A stretch of DNA of 63,508 nt, filler included. It is 6 parts of 6 records of this genome, joined end to end, with 100 filler letters (N's around TTAATTAATTAA, not from the genome) between each part and the next. Parts side by side here need not be neighbours in the genome. Positions count along the whole stretch, not along the records: positions 1 to 24,910 come from DRR378314_47; positions 25,011 to 32,676 come from DRR378314_48; positions 32,777 to 43,793 come from DRR378314_50; 3 more parts are not named here. One strand, written 5' to 3'. The notes under the pieces are model-generated. The model saw only the letters and a list, made by a program, of their open reading frames with translations. It did not search any database and was not told the origin of the DNA. A program made the translations under genes and the position numbers. Positions 22,539 through 32,792 of the stretch are shown in pieces. Every line of letters begins with the position of its first letter. Positions within the stretch are counted from its first letter, which is position 1.

Positions 22539-24053
22539 TTACTGTGTGTTCGAATCCGATACGCCATCGTCTTCAAACCAGGGCGCACGGGCAGTCATGA
22601 TCAGTGCCGCTGCGCGCGCTTCGTCCAACTCCTCGATATCGACCAGATCGTCGACAGACTGCTCGGCGAGATCTTCCATGGTGACGATGCCTCGGCTAGC
22701 CAGAATGAAGGCCAGGTGGCGCTCCATGCCGTCCATGTCCAGCAGATCGTCTGCTGGTTGGGCACCGTCTAGCGCTTCCTCCGAGGCAATGGCCATCGTC
22801 AGCAGCTCGTCTTTCGCTCGTGCGCGCAGCTCTTCCACCAAATCTTCATCGAACTCTTCGATTTCGAGCATCTCTTCAAGCGGCACGTAGGCAACTTCTT
22901 CCAGGGTGGTGAACCCTTCTTCTACTAATAGGCGGGCAACGTCTTCGTCCACTTCCAGATGCTGAACAAAGGAGTCCACCAGGCTATCAATTTCCTGCTC
23001 ACGTTTTGACTCAGCTTCATCTTCGGTCATCACGTTAATACGCCAGCCGGTTAGCTCAGAAGCTAAGCGCACGTTCTGGCCGCTACGACCAATGGCCTGA
23101 GCCAGATTGTCTTGAGCAACGGCAACGTCCATGGCGTGAGCATCTTCGTCAACCAGGATAGACGCCACATCGGCAGGTGCCATGGCATTTATCACCAACT
23201 GCGCTGGGTTGTCGTCCCACAGCACAATATCGACACGCTCATTTTGCAGCTCTGACGACACTGCCTGTACGCGAGAACCGCGCATACCAACACACGCCCC
23301 AACAGGGTCGATGCGGCGGTCGTTAGTTTTAACGGCGATTTTGGCCCGCGAGCCAGGGTCGCGCGCCGCACCCTTGATTTCAATCAGCTGTTCAGCAATT
23401 TCCGGTACTTCAATTTTAAACAGCTCAATGATGAATTCAGGACAGGTACGTGACAGCTGTAGCTGTGCACCACGCGCCTCTGGATCAACTTTCACTAGCA
23501 AGGCGCGTACCCGCTCATTCATGCGGTAGCGCTCACCGTGAATCATTTCGTTACGCGGCAAGAACGCTTCAGCGTTTTCACCCAGGTCGATAATCAATCC
23601 GTCACGCGTGGTTTTCTTGACGATGCCTGCTACCAACTCGCCTTCGCGGTCAGCGTACTGACGAACCACTTCAGCGCGTTCGGCTTCACGTACCTTTTGC
23701 ACGATAACCTGCTTTGCAGTTTGCGCAGCGATACGGCCAAACACGGCATTTTCAATCTTTTTCTCAACCACATCGCCTAGTTTCAGCGGCGGATCACGCT
23801 GCTCGGCGATGGTTTCTTTAATTTCATAATCAGGTGTTTCAAATTCGTCATCTTCGACAACGGTCCAGTAGCGGAACGTATCGTAGTCGCCCGTGCGGCG
23901 ATCGATATGAACGCGCACATTGGCTTCTTCCTGATCAAAACGCTTGCGTGACGCGCTAGCTAGCGCGGCCTCAACCGCCTCAAAAATAACATCGCGGGGG
24001 ACGCCTTTTTCGTTAGAGATCGCGTCCACGACCATTAAAATTTCTTTACTCAT
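22539..24053 (-). CDS. nusA: Transcription termination/antitermination factor NusA
   Basis: [12 protein letters not shown]1 and KH domains, acidic C-terminal repeats. Confidence 0.98.
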   Translation of the reverse strand: MSKEILMVVDAISNEKGVPRDVIFEAVEAALASASRKRFDQEEANVRVHIDRRTGDYDTFRYWTVVEDDEFETPDYEIKETIAEQRDPPLKLGDVVEKKIENAVFGRIAAQTAKQVIVQKVREAERAEVVRQYADREGELVAGIVKKTTRDGLIIDLGENAEAFLPRNEMIHGERYRMNERVRALLVKVDPEARGAQLQLSRTCPEFIIELFKIEVPEIAEQLIEIKGAARDPGSRAKIAVKTNDRRIDPVGACVGMRGSRVQAVSSELQNERVDIVLWDDNPAQLVINAMAPADVASILVDEDAHAMDVAVAQDNLAQAIGRSGQNVRLASELTGWRINVMTEDEAESKREQEIDSLVDSFVQHLEVDEDVARLLVEEGFTTLEEVAYVPLEEMLEIEEFDEDLVEELRARAKDELLTMAIASEEALDGAQPADDLLDMDGMERHLAFILASRGIVTMEDLAEQSVDDLVDIEELDEARAAALIMTARAPWFEDDGVSDSNTQ

Positions 24054-24123
24054 GCGTTTGCCTCGCCAGAAAACCTGTCCTTTTGTGCATCATCCCGGCA
24101 GCCTGCCGGAAGCCGCCACCCGT

Positions 24124-24585
24124 TTATTCGTCGAATTGCGGGACGACGTGCGCAGAATCGATGCTTTCGATTGGAAAACAGTACTCTTCGCCATCCAGCT
24201 GTAGCAGTACTTCATCGCCTTCGACACCAGCGAGAAGGCCTTGGTATTTACGCCGTCCATCAAAAGCCACGCGCAATTTGAGCGCAACGTGGTGGCCTTG
24301 ATAACGAATAAATTGATCCAGGGTATATAAGGGACGTGCCATACCAGGCGACGAGACTTCCAAGCGGTATTCGCCAGGAATGGGATCTTCCACATCCATA
24401 ACGGCACTGACTTGGCGACTAATATCAGCGCAGTCTTCCACGCTGACGCCACTTTCGCGTTCGATATAAATTACCAGCCGCGAATGCTTGCCCTGGGAAA
24501 GATGGTCGATACCCCATAGCTCAAAACCCATGGCGGCTACGACAGGTTCGATCAGCGCGTGAAGCGCAGCGTGTTTTGTGGCCAC
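24124..24585 (-). CDS. rimP: Ribosome maturation factor RimP
   Basis: Motif YRLEVSSPG; GTG start at 24585 after an AGGAG RBS. Confidence 0.94.
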   Translation of the reverse strand: MATKHAALHALIEPVVAAMGFELWGIDHLSQGKHSRLVIYIERESGVSVEDCADISRQVSAVMDVEDPIPGEYRLEVSSPGMARPLYTLDQFIRYQGHHVALKLRVAFDGRRKYQGLLAGVEGDEVLLQLDGEEYCFPIESIDSAHVVPQFDE

Positions 24586-24736
24586 AGACAAAGCTCCTAT
24601 AGCCGTTGCATCAGGCACCTGGCCAGGAGTTGAATGAGAAGCTAGGTGGCTGATTGGCGTTACCCGGAAATGTGTCTCTGGCAATTCGGAAGACATCCGC
24701 TCTGGAGACACTCTTGGCTCTCGAAAAGCTACTAAC

Positions 24737-24766
24737 AAAAAGCCCCTTCACAGGAAGGGGCTTTTC
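24737..24766 (-). terminator. Terminator between the tRNA and rimP
   Basis: AAAAAGCCCCTTC...GAAGGGGCTTTT. Confidence 0.75.
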
Positions 24767-24880
24767 GAAAGAAACCTGTAATACCACCTAATAACATGAT
24801 TTGGCTTTCGCCCTTGCCCAACCAACATCAAGATTAACTAACATCAAGACTTTTCAGGCGATTAACATGTTACTAGTAAA

Positions 24881-24910
24881 TGGTAGCGGGGACCGGATTT
24901 GAACCGATGA
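24881..24910 (-). tRNA. metY: 3' fragment of initiator tRNA-Met, truncated by the contig end
   Basis: Minus strand reads TCATCGGTTCAAATCCGGTCCCCGCTACCA (T-arm, acceptor stem, CCA). The anticodon is not visible; identity is inferred from sequence and position upstream of rimP. Confidence 0.8.
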
Positions 24911-25010
24911 NNNNNNNNNNNNNNNNNNNNNNNNNNNNNNNNNNNNNNNNNNNNTTAATTAATTAANNNNNNNNNNNNNNNNNNNNNNNNNNNNNNNNNN
25001 NNNNNNNNNN
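24911..25010. other. Artificial contig linker
   Basis: N44-TTAATTAATTAA-N44, giving stops in all six frames. Confidence 0.99.
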
Positions 25011-25625
25011 TTCCTCGATCAACTTTTCCATATACATGCCTCCGTTGCCAAAGGCTGCAGTAGCTTCCGTAACGGCACTGTTGAAGTTTTTCTCCATTTG
25101 ATCTTCGGACCAAATGGCTCGCATTCCTTTACCGCCACCACCAGCGGTAGCTTTGATCATAACGGGATACCCCATTTTTTTGGCTTCTTTTTTGGCATGG
25201 TCAACATCCTTTAACAGGCCTTCGGAGCCAGGCACGGTGGGTACACCGGCTTTCTTCATGGTTTCCTTGGCGGTTGCCTTGTCTCCCATTTTGTCGATCT
25301 GCTCCCCAGAGGCGCCGATAAATTTTATATCGTGCTCGGCACAGATTTTTGAGAATTTGGAATTTTCTGAAAGGAAACCGTATCCTGGGTGAATGGCATC
25401 GGCATTGGTAATTTCTGCCGCGGCTATAATATTTGGAATCTTTAAATAAGATTCACTACTTGGGGGAGGTCCAATACAAACGGCTTCGTCGGCAAAGCGG
25501 ACATGAAGACTTTCCTCATCGGCCTTGGAGTAAACGGCAACCGTTTTTATGCCCATTTCCTTGCAGGTTCTAATAATCCGCAAGGCAATTTCACCCCTAT
25601 TTGCAATCAATATTTTTTTAAACAT
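25011..25625 (-). CDS. accC: Acetyl-CoA carboxylase biotin carboxylase, 3'-truncated
   Basis: Motifs [24 protein letters not shown] and GGGGKGMR; runs into the linker. Confidence 0.96.
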
Positions 25626-25709
25626 AGAACACAATCTTAAATTCGGAATTCTAAATCTTAAATGGTTTTGGGCCATAAATGTTGCCCAAAAAATATCATT
25701 TAAAATTCA

Positions 25710-26207
25710 CTACGATGGGTCTACTAAGAACAAAGGTTGGTCAAACTCTACTGGAGAGGAATCATCAACCAATATCTTAACAATTTTACCTGAAACTTCT
25801 GATTCAATATCGTTGAAAAGTTTCATTGCTTCGATCACACAAAGGACATCACCTTGGTTAATGGTACTTCCAACCTCCACAAAAGGTGGTTTGTCGGGAG
25901 ATGGTTTCCTGTAGAATGTTCCTATGATCGGGGATTTGATAGTAATATATTTTGAATCATCGTCCGTTTTTTTCGTATCGGATGATGCAGGGGCCGAAGC
26001 TTCCGGTGCAGCAGGCGCTGGAGCAGCCGGTGCAGAAGATGGAGCTTGAGCTACCGGTATTTGTTGAACTATTGTGGTTTCCGGTGTGTTGGAATCGTTA
26101 CTTCCCGTTCGAATGGTGATCTTAATGTCCTCCATTTCCAACTTCACCTCGCTAGCCCCCGATTTGGCTACGAACTTGATTAAACTTTGAATTTCCTTAA
26201 TGTCCAT
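25710..26207 (-). CDS. accB: Biotin carboxyl carrier protein
   Basis: EAMK biotinylation motif and Ala/Pro-rich linker. Confidence 0.97.
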   Translation of the reverse strand: MDIKEIQSLIKFVAKSGASEVKLEMEDIKITIRTGSNDSNTPETTIVQQIPVAQAPSSAPAAPAPAAPEASAPASSDTKKTDDDSKYITIKSPIIGTFYRKPSPDKPPFVEVGSTINQGDVLCVIEAMKLFNDIESEVSGKIVKILVDDSSPVEFDQPLFLVDPS

Positions 26208-26233
26208 GGAATATAATTTAGTTAGTTGTGTGA

Positions 26234-27229
26234 TTAAGAATTATAGGCCCATTTTAAATAAATGGATCCCCATGTGAAACCACCACCAAAGGCGGCGAAT
26301 ATAATATTATCCCCTTTTTTCAATTGTTTTTCGTAATCGTACAACAATAGGGGAAGTGTTGCTGATGTGGTATTACCGTAACGGTCGATGTTGATCATCA
26401 CCTTATCTGCTTCTAACCCCATGCGGTTTGCAGTGGCGTCGATAATACGCTTATTGGCCTGATGGGGCGCCAACCAATGCACGTCGTCCTTGTTCAAGTT
26501 GTTCCGCTCCATGATCAAGGCCGAAACATCGGCCATGTTTGAAACGGCGAATTTAAAGACCGATTTCCCATCTTGGTAAACGTAGTGTTGTTTGTTTTTA
26601 ACGGTTTCCTCAGATGCGGGCAAAATGGAACCTCCTGCATCAATCTTCAAGAACTGACGGCCAATACCATCCGAACGAAGGTACTCGTCCTGTAGACCTA
26701 GACCTTCTTCATTGGGTTCAAAAAGAACTGCGCCCGCACCATCTCCAAAAATAATACAAGTAGTTCTATCGGTATAGTCTATGATGGACGACATTTTGTC
26801 TGCACCGATGACCAATACCTTTTTGTACCTGCCGGATTCTATATAACTGGCCGCGGTGGACATCCCGTACAAAAAACTGGAACAGGCTGCCTGTAAGTCG
26901 TAAGCAAAAGCGTTTACCGCACCAATTTCCGAAGCTACATAAGCTGCTGTGGAGGCAACGGGCATATCCGGGGTTGCAGTGGCAACGAGTACAAAATCTA
27001 TTTCGGAAGCGTCAATGCCTCTTTTTTGAAGCAAGTCTTCCGCAGCTTTGATAGCCATATAAGATGTTCCCGCGTTCTCTTCTTTTAAGATTCTTCGCTC
27101 CTTGATTCCTGTTCGGGTGGTGATCCATTCATCGTTGGTATCCACAATGGTTTCCAAAACTTTGTTGGAAAGCACAAAATCCGGAACGTATCCTCCTACA
27201 GCTGTTATTGCTGCTGTTGTTTTCTTCAT
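26234..27229 (-). CDS. fabH: Beta-ketoacyl-ACP synthase III
   Basis: Catalytic triad motifs AACS, HQAN and GNTTSA. Confidence 0.96.
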   Translation of the reverse strand: MKKTTAAITAVGGYVPDFVLSNKVLETIVDTNDEWITTRTGIKERRILKEENAGTSYMAIKAAEDLLQKRGIDASEIDFVLVATATPDMPVASTAAYVASEIGAVNAFAYDLQAACSSFLYGMSTAASYIESGRYKKVLVIGADKMSSIIDYTDRTTCIIFGDGAGAVLFEPNEEGLGLQDEYLRSDGIGRQFLKIDAGGSILPASEETVKNKQHYVYQDGKSVFKFAVSNMADVSALIMERNNLNKDDVHWLAPHQANKRIIDATANRMGLEADKVMINIDRYGNTTSATLPLLLYDYEKQLKKGDNIIFAAFGGGFTWGSIYLKWAYNS

Positions 27230-27348
27230 TTTTAGCCTCTCTTTATTGTCAAAAAGATTGAAATTTGACCCAAAAGCGGTGAAAATTAGTCATTTTATAT
27301 GACTTTACAGGGAAAATTAACCGTTTTTGGGTGTTAACGTGGGCCCAT

Positions 27349-27380
27349 AAAAAACTCCCGTTAAAAATTGAACGGGAGTT
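27349..27380 (-). terminator. Terminator after rpmF
   Basis: AAAAAACTCCCGTT...AACGGGAGTT. Confidence 0.7.
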
Positions 27381-27403
27381 GCTTTATTATAAGGGATTTG
27401 CGG

Positions 27404-27604
27404 TTAGGCCGCAGTTTCCTCTTCTGTTTTGTCAATCAAAACCTGACCTCTGTAGTACAATTTGCCCTCATGCCAGTGCGCTCTGTGGAACAAGTGCATT
27501 TCACCTGTTGTAGAGTCCTTGGCAATTGTTGGCGCAACTGCTTTGTAGTGGGTTCTTCTTTTGTCCCTTCTGGTTTTTGATATTTTTCTTTTAGGATGTG
27601 CCAT
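27404..27604 (-). CDS. rpmF: 50S ribosomal protein L32
   Basis: [19 protein letters not shown], Bacteroidota type. Confidence 0.97.
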   Translation of the reverse strand: MAHPKRKISKTRRDKRRTHYKAVAPTIAKDSTTGEMHLFHRAHWHEGKLYYRGQVLIDKTEEETAA

Positions 27605-27611
27605 TATAAAC

Positions 27612-28145
27612 CTATTTATCCGTTAGTAACTTTTTTAAATCGTCCCATCTGGGATCTGTTTCTTCTATTGATTTGGTGTTCTCTTTTGGCTGTAACTCTT
27701 CGAGTTTGTCCAAGATTTCCGATTGCAAGGTTCCGTCCTCAACACCGGGATGAATCCTTTTTTGTGGAACGGCCAGCACCAACATTTCATAAATGTACTG
27801 TGCTATATTGAATTGGTGCTCTCCGTGTGGAATGATCAAGATTTCATCATCTTCATCATTGAACTCCTCGCCAAACTTGACGACAAGCTTTAAGTCGGAA
27901 TCGATAGGCTGGTCGTAAGGTTCGCCCGTTAAATCACAATCAACATTTACCGTACCCTTCGCTTCAATCTGAAGTTCCATCATGGTGCTCATTTTTTCCA
28001 AAACAGCATCAATTCGAACGGAAGCTCCGTTAAATTCTTGGTAGTCAAAAGATTCAAAGAACGCATCATCAATTTCGTACACAAATTTATGTTTTCCCAA
28101 CTTCAGACCTGAAAAAGGGATAAAAAACTCTTTCAGCTTCATCAT
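27612..28145 (-). CDS. yceD: DUF177/YceD family protein
   Basis: C-terminal DPRW motif, acidic, directly upstream of rpmF. Confidence 0.9.
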   Translation of the reverse strand: MMKLKEFFIPFSGLKLGKHKFVYEIDDAFFESFDYQEFNGASVRIDAVLEKMSTMMELQIEAKGTVNVDCDLTGEPYDQPIDSDLKLVVKFGEEFNDEDDEILIIPHGEHQFNIAQYIYEMLVLAVPQKRIHPGVEDGTLQSEILDKLEELQPKENTKSIEETDPRWDDLKKLLTDK

Positions 28146-28187
28146 TTCTACACTTAAGGTTTGTGTACCAGCCTTTAAAGGCGGGTG

Positions 28188-28218
28188 CAAAGATACTACT
28201 AATTTACAAAACTGCAAT
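28188..28218 (-). promoter_or_regulatory. Bacteroidota housekeeping promoter for yceD-rpmF
   Basis: Minus strand TTG-N20-TATCTTTG matches the -33/-7 TAnnTTTG consensus. Confidence 0.7.
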
Positions 28219-28255
28219 TCTAGCTACAACAAATATCCAAAATGATGTAAACTTT

Positions 28256-29308
28256 TTACCTTTCTCGCTTAATTTTCTGCTTTTGCAAGGGGTTTTTGGT
28301 CAGTTCCCGATATTCTATTCTATTCTTAAATACTTGAATTGCAGTAAATACGGCCTCTTTAAAAGAACCCTCGTCTGCCTTGCCCTTTCCTGCTATTTCA
28401 TAAGCGGTTCCGTGGTCCGGGGATGTTCTTACCTTGTCCAGACCTGCGGTATAATTGACACCTTTTCCAAAGGAAAGGGTTTTGAAAGGGATTAAGCCTT
28501 GATCGTGATAAGCGGCCAAAACGGCATCGAAATTTTTATGGTTATCGGAGCCGAAAAAGCTGTCCGCCGAATAGGGCCCATAAACCAAAGTTCCTTTATT
28601 GAACATTTCCGCTATGGTCGGTTTCAATATTTTATCGTCCTCTTCGCCAATGGTGCCACTGTCCCCACTATGTGGGTTAATTCCCAAAAGCGCAATCTTG
28701 GGGCGGCGGATACCAAAATCCATTTTAAGGGATTTTTCCATTGTGGCCACCTTTTCACGAATCAATTTAGGGGTAATGGCCTTGGCCACATCTTTTACCG
28801 CAATATGGTCGGTGAGCAAGCCAACACGCAAGGAATTGGTTACCATAAACATAAGGCTTTCGCCCCCTAACTCTTGCGCGAGGAAATCCGTATGTCCTGG
28901 AAACTTAAAATCGTCCGACTGTATATTGTTTTTATTGATGGGCGCCGTGACCAACACATCAATCTTACCTTCTTTTAGGGCAGTAACGGCAGCTCTCAAC
29001 GAACGAATAGCAAAATCACCCCCTTCTTTCGTGGATTGACCGTATTCAATTTTCGGCACTTCTTTCCATACATTCACAATATTGACCTTGCCCTCCAAGG
29101 CTTGCCCTGCATCCCTAACACCGTTGAACTTGAGGTCCATTCCCAAATCTTTGATTTGTTGCGATATGGTTTTGTTGGATGCAAAGATGACCGGGGTGCA
29201 AAAGTCCAACATTCTTGCATCTTCAAATGTTTTTAGAGCGACTTCGCACCCAATACCGTTAATGTCCCCTATGGAGACCCCTAACTTTATTTTTTGATTT
29301 TCCTTCAT
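28256..29308 (-). CDS. pdxA: 4-hydroxythreonine-4-phosphate dehydrogenase
   Basis: Motifs GDINGIG, TAPINK, GHT, NPHSG, YHDQGL and RTSPDHGTA. Confidence 0.95.
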   Translation of the reverse strand: MKENQKIKLGVSIGDINGIGCEVALKTFEDARMLDFCTPVIFASNKTISQQIKDLGMDLKFNGVRDAGQALEGKVNIVNVWKEVPKIEYGQSTKEGGDFAIRSLRAAVTALKEGKIDVLVTAPINKNNIQSDDFKFPGHTDFLAQELGGESLMFMVTNSLRVGLLTDHIAVKDVAKAITPKLIREKVATMEKSLKMDFGIRRPKIALLGINPHSGDSGTIGEEDDKILKPTIAEMFNKGTLVYGPYSADSFFGSDNHKNFDAVLAAYHDQGLIPFKTLSFGKGVNYTAGLDKVRTSPDHGTAYEIAGKGKADEGSFKEAVFTAIQVFKNRIEYRELTKNPLQKQKIKRER

Positions 29309-29328
29309 AAAATGAATGCTGTTATGGC

Positions 29329-29336
29329 TACTTTTG
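29329..29336 (+). promoter_or_regulatory. Bacteroidota -7 element upstream of riboflavin synthase
   Basis: TACTTTTG located 30 nt before the ATG. Confidence 0.5.
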
Positions 29337-29366
29337 CATTACAAAACTAGTCAATTAATAAGACAC

Positions 29367-29957
29367 ATGTTCACAGGGATCATAGAGACTTTGGGGAAAG
29401 TTGAAAAGCTGGAAAAAGAAGGCGGAAATCTGCACATTACCGTTGCTTCAAATATTGCTTCGGAACTCAAAATTGACCAAAGTGTTTCGCACAACGGGGT
29501 TTGCCTTACAGTGGTTTCCATTGATGGTGACAACTATACAGTAACTGCCATTGAAGAAACTCTTGAGAAAACCAATTTAGGAGATTTGACATTGGGCGAT
29601 GTGGTGAACTTGGAGCGCGCCATGGTTCTGGGAGCCCGTTTGGATGGGCACATTGTGCAAGGGCACGTGGACCAAACAGCGATTTGCAAACTGGTTGAGG
29701 AAAAGGAAGGCAGCTGGATCTACAGTTTTGAATATGACCCCAAACTCAATAATGTTACTATCGAAAAAGGGTCCATTACCGTGGATGGGGTGAGTTTAAC
29801 CGTAGTAGACTCCCAAAAAAATAGTTTTAGCGTAGCGATTATTCCTTACACTCACGAACATACCGGTTTCCATACCTACAAAGTGGGAACTACCGTAAAC
29901 TTGGAGTTTGATGTGGTCGGGAAGTATGTTTCCAGGTTATTGGAGTTGAGGGGTTAA
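29367..29957 (+). CDS. ribC: Riboflavin synthase (alpha chain)
   Basis: MFTGI N-terminus plus NGVCLT, GHIVQGHVD and VNLEFD. Confidence 0.95.
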   Translation: MFTGIIETLGKVEKLEKEGGNLHITVASNIASELKIDQSVSHNGVCLTVVSIDGDNYTVTAIEETLEKTNLGDLTLGDVVNLERAMVLGARLDGHIVQGHVDQTAICKLVEEKEGSWIYSFEYDPKLNNVTIEKGSITVDGVSLTVVDSQKNSFSVAIIPYTHEHTGFHTYKVGTTVNLEFDVVGKYVSRLLELRG

Positions 29958-29963
29958 TACCCA

Positions 29964-31766
29964 TCAAAGCACACTCCGCATTCCGCGCCATATTTTAATC
30001 AAGAAAAATGTTGCTACCAACACCAAACCTGTGAGCCCCATGGCCAATGGATAATTGCCATAAATCCAGTTTCCTGTGGCAAAAAGACAGCCATACACCA
30101 AAATACAGCCAACTATCATGGCCAAAACACCGGATGGAACTGTCCATTTTTCATTACCATCATCCAAAGAAACCCCTTCGGCTTTGGCTTCTTCATGAAT
30201 CTTTTTCCAGCCAGGACCTCCCGGTTTTGTGATTTTGTAGAATCGGTACAATACCTTGTTTTCTTCAGGTTTGGTTAAAAAGGTCGTTGCCAACCAAAGT
30301 ATCGTGGTTATAAGCACGACCAGTGGAAATTTGCTCCAGCCTGGAAATGGTGCTGCTTCTGACAAAAAGAGCGCGTCTTCGTATTGCCAGAACAAAATGG
30401 AAATGATACCCGATGAGAACATCGCCACAATTTCGCTCCATGCATTGATACGCCACCAGAACCATCGCAACAAAAAGATAAGACCAGTTCCAGCACCGAA
30501 CATGATAATGATGTCAAACAATTGCGTTGCATTGTTGAGTTCCAAAGCAAACAAACTGCTCAAGATCATCAGAACAACGGTGGAAATTCTTCCCACGTTC
30601 ACCAACTCTTTTTCTGAAGCATCCTTGTTAATCTGTTGTTTGTAAAAATCATTTACAATATAAGAGGAACCCCAGTTGAGGTGTGTTGAAATGGTTGACA
30701 TATAGGCCGCTCCCAAAGAAGCCATTACCAATCCCAATAAGCCTGTGGGCAATTTGGTGAGCATGGCGGAATAGGCCAAATCATTCTTAAGTATATTCTC
30801 GGGCACATTTGGAAAGGCCTGACGAATACTGTCCAAATCGGGGAATACGACGATAGAGGCCAATGCCACCAAAATCCACGGCCAAGGTCTTAGCGCATAA
30901 TGTAATATGTTGAAGAAAAACGTTGCTCCAATAGCGTGATTTTCATTTTTGGCGGCCAACATTCTTTGGGCAATATAACCTCCGCCGCCTGGTTCACCAC
31001 CGGGATACCATGCACTCCACCATTGCACTGCCAAGGGTATGATCAACAGACCAATTAATGCTTCGGTATCTGAAAAATCGGGAAGAATGGACATTTTTTC
31101 CTGCACTTGTGCATTGGCCAAAATATTGTCCAAACCACCCACTTCGGGCATATTTACCAAGTAGACAGCTGCTCCGATAGCACCGCCCATGGCAACAAAA
31201 AACAGCAGAAAATCGGTATAAACCACCCCTCTAAAACCACCAACGGCACTGAATATTACGGTAATTGTACCTCCCAGCAACACCGTTTCAACAGGTTCCA
31301 GACCCAGCATTACCTGTCCAATTTTGATGGCTGCCAAAGTTACGGCCGACATGGCCATTACATTAAAGACAACTCCCAAATATAAAGACCGGAACCCTCT
31401 TAGGAAATGTGCAGGCTTTCCGCCATATCTTAGGTCATAAAACTCCATATCGGTGGAGACGTTGGATTTTCTCCAAAGTTTCGCGTAGACAAAAACCGTA
31501 AGCAAACCTGTGAGCAAAAACGCCCACCAACCCCAGTTTCCAGAAACCCCATCGGTCCGGACAAAATCCGTTACCAAATTGGGAGTATCCGTGGAGAATG
31601 TTGTGGCTACCATGGAAAAGCCTAAAAGCCACCAAGGCATACTACGGCCAGATAAAAAGTATTCTGCTGTGTTCTTCCCTGATTTTTTGGATACATAGAT
31701 TCCGATAAAAAGGACTATGGCAAAAAATCCAAAAATGATGATGTAATCTAAAAGTTCTAGTTTCAT
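29964..31766 (-). CDS. Sodium:solute symporter (SLC5) family protein
   Basis: Motifs YFLSGRSMPWW, SMVATTFS and YIAQRM; about 14 TM segments. Confidence 0.9.
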   Translation of the reverse strand: MKLELLDYIIIFGFFAIVLFIGIYVSKKSGKNTAEYFLSGRSMPWWLLGFSMVATTFSTDTPNLVTDFVRTDGVSGNWGWWAFLLTGLLTVFVYAKLWRKSNVSTDMEFYDLRYGGKPAHFLRGFRSLYLGVVFNVMAMSAVTLAAIKIGQVMLGLEPVETVLLGGTITVIFSAVGGFRGVVYTDFLLFFVAMGGAIGAAVYLVNMPEVGGLDNILANAQVQEKMSILPDFSDTEALIGLLIIPLAVQWWSAWYPGGEPGGGGYIAQRMLAAKNENHAIGATFFFNILHYALRPWPWILVALASIVVFPDLDSIRQAFPNVPENILKNDLAYSAMLTKLPTGLLGLVMASLGAAYMSTISTHLNWGSSYIVNDFYKQQINKDASEKELVNVGRISTVVLMILSSLFALELNNATQLFDIIIMFGAGTGLIFLLRWFWWRINAWSEIVAMFSSGIISILFWQYEDALFLSEAAPFPGWSKFPLVVLITTILWLATTFLTKPEENKVLYRFYKITKPGGPGWKKIHEEAKAEGVSLDDGNEKWTVPSGVLAMIVGCILVYGCLFATGNWIYGNYPLAMGLTGLVLVATFFLIKIWRGMRSVL

Positions 31767-31834
31767 TTGTTTAGTTTGGCTGGAGCTAAAGATAGGTTTT
31801 TTGAGTTACTTTTGTGAACCTGTAAAAAGTCTTC

Positions 31835-32590
31835 ATGTTTCTTTCCACATTCTCAGATATTTCCGTTGCCGCATGGACCATGGCCGCCACCGCTGTTTTT
31901 TTAATGGGGGTTTCCAAGGCGGGCCTCAAGGGAATGTCCATTTTTAATGTGACTTTAATGGCATTGGCTTTTGGTTCCAAGGCTTCCACGGGACTTTTTA
32001 TTCCCTTGTTGATCGTGGGCGATACTTTTGCCGTGATTTATTATAACCGACACACCCAATGGAAGTATATTATAAAATTTCTTCCATGGATGATTTTGGG
32101 AATTCTACTGGGTGTTTTGATTGGAAAAGACCTACCCGAACAGGAATTTAAATGGGCCATGGTGGTGGTGATATTTATAAGTTTGGGCATGTTGGTTTTT
32201 TGGGACCGCCGAAAGTCGAAGAAGGTGCCCACCCATTGGTTGTTTTCAGGTTCCATGGGAATATTTGCTGGTGTTTGCACCATGATCGGAAATTTGGCCG
32301 GCGCTTTTACCAATATTTTCTTTTTGGCAATGCGATTGCCCAAAAATGAATTTGTGGGTACGGCGGCTTGGTTGTTTTTTATCACCAACCTCTTTAAAAT
32401 GCCTTTTCATGTGTTTGTTTGGAAGACCATTACGGTGGAAAGTCTGTTGATTAATCTACGATTACTACCAGCTATTTTTGTTGGTTTGGTTTTGGGAGTT
32501 TTCTTGGTGAAGAAAATCAACGAAAAAAACTACAAACGCTTTATTTTGATTGTGACGGCGATTGGTGCCGTGGCGATTTTGTTTAGGTAA
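31835..32590 (+). CDS. TauE/SafE (sulfite exporter) family membrane protein
   Basis: About 250 aa, about 8 TM segments, motifs GVSKAG, TMIGNLAG and FVGTAAW. Confidence 0.8.
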   Translation: MFLSTFSDISVAAWTMAATAVFLMGVSKAGLKGMSIFNVTLMALAFGSKASTGLFIPLLIVGDTFAVIYYNRHTQWKYIIKFLPWMILGILLGVLIGKDLPEQEFKWAMVVVIFISLGMLVFWDRRKSKKVPTHWLFSGSMGIFAGVCTMIGNLAGAFTNIFFLAMRLPKNEFVGTAAWLFFITNLFKMPFHVFVWKTITVESLLINLRLLPAIFVGLVLGVFLVKKINEKNYKRFILIVTAIGAVAILFR

Positions 32591-32648
32591 TAATACCTCA
32601 CAACAAATACCATAAATAAAGAGAAGAGGTCTAAAAGTATTGAAAAGC

Positions 32649-32676
32649 GTCATTCTGAATTCATTTCAGAATCTCA
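32649..32676. repeat. Start of a palindromic REP-like repeat at the contig end
   Basis: GTCATTCTGAATTCATTTCAGAATCTC contains an ATTCTGAA...TTCAGAAT hairpin resembling dispersed flavobacterial repeats. Confidence 0.5.
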
Positions 32677-32776
32677 NNNNNNNNNNNNNNNNNNNNNNNN
32701 NNNNNNNNNNNNNNNNNNNNTTAATTAATTAANNNNNNNNNNNNNNNNNNNNNNNNNNNNNNNNNNNNNNNNNNNN
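32677..32776. other. Artificial contig linker
   Basis: N44-TTAATTAATTAA-N44. Confidence 0.99.
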
Positions 32777-32792
32777 TTGCAAGTTCAGACAT
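32777..32792 (-). CDS. First codons (MSELA) of a truncated downstream gene, possibly the ABC ATPase
   Basis: AAGGAG RBS followed by an ATG overlapping the end of the racemase gene; product is inferred only. Confidence 0.4.

Noticed and set aside
24586-24738. N-terminal extension of RimP in the ORF track
   Set aside because: An RBS and GTG at 24585 give a normal-length RimP
24955-24966. TTAATTAATTAA palindromes repeated five times
   Set aside because: Synthetic six-frame stop spacer embedded in N runs
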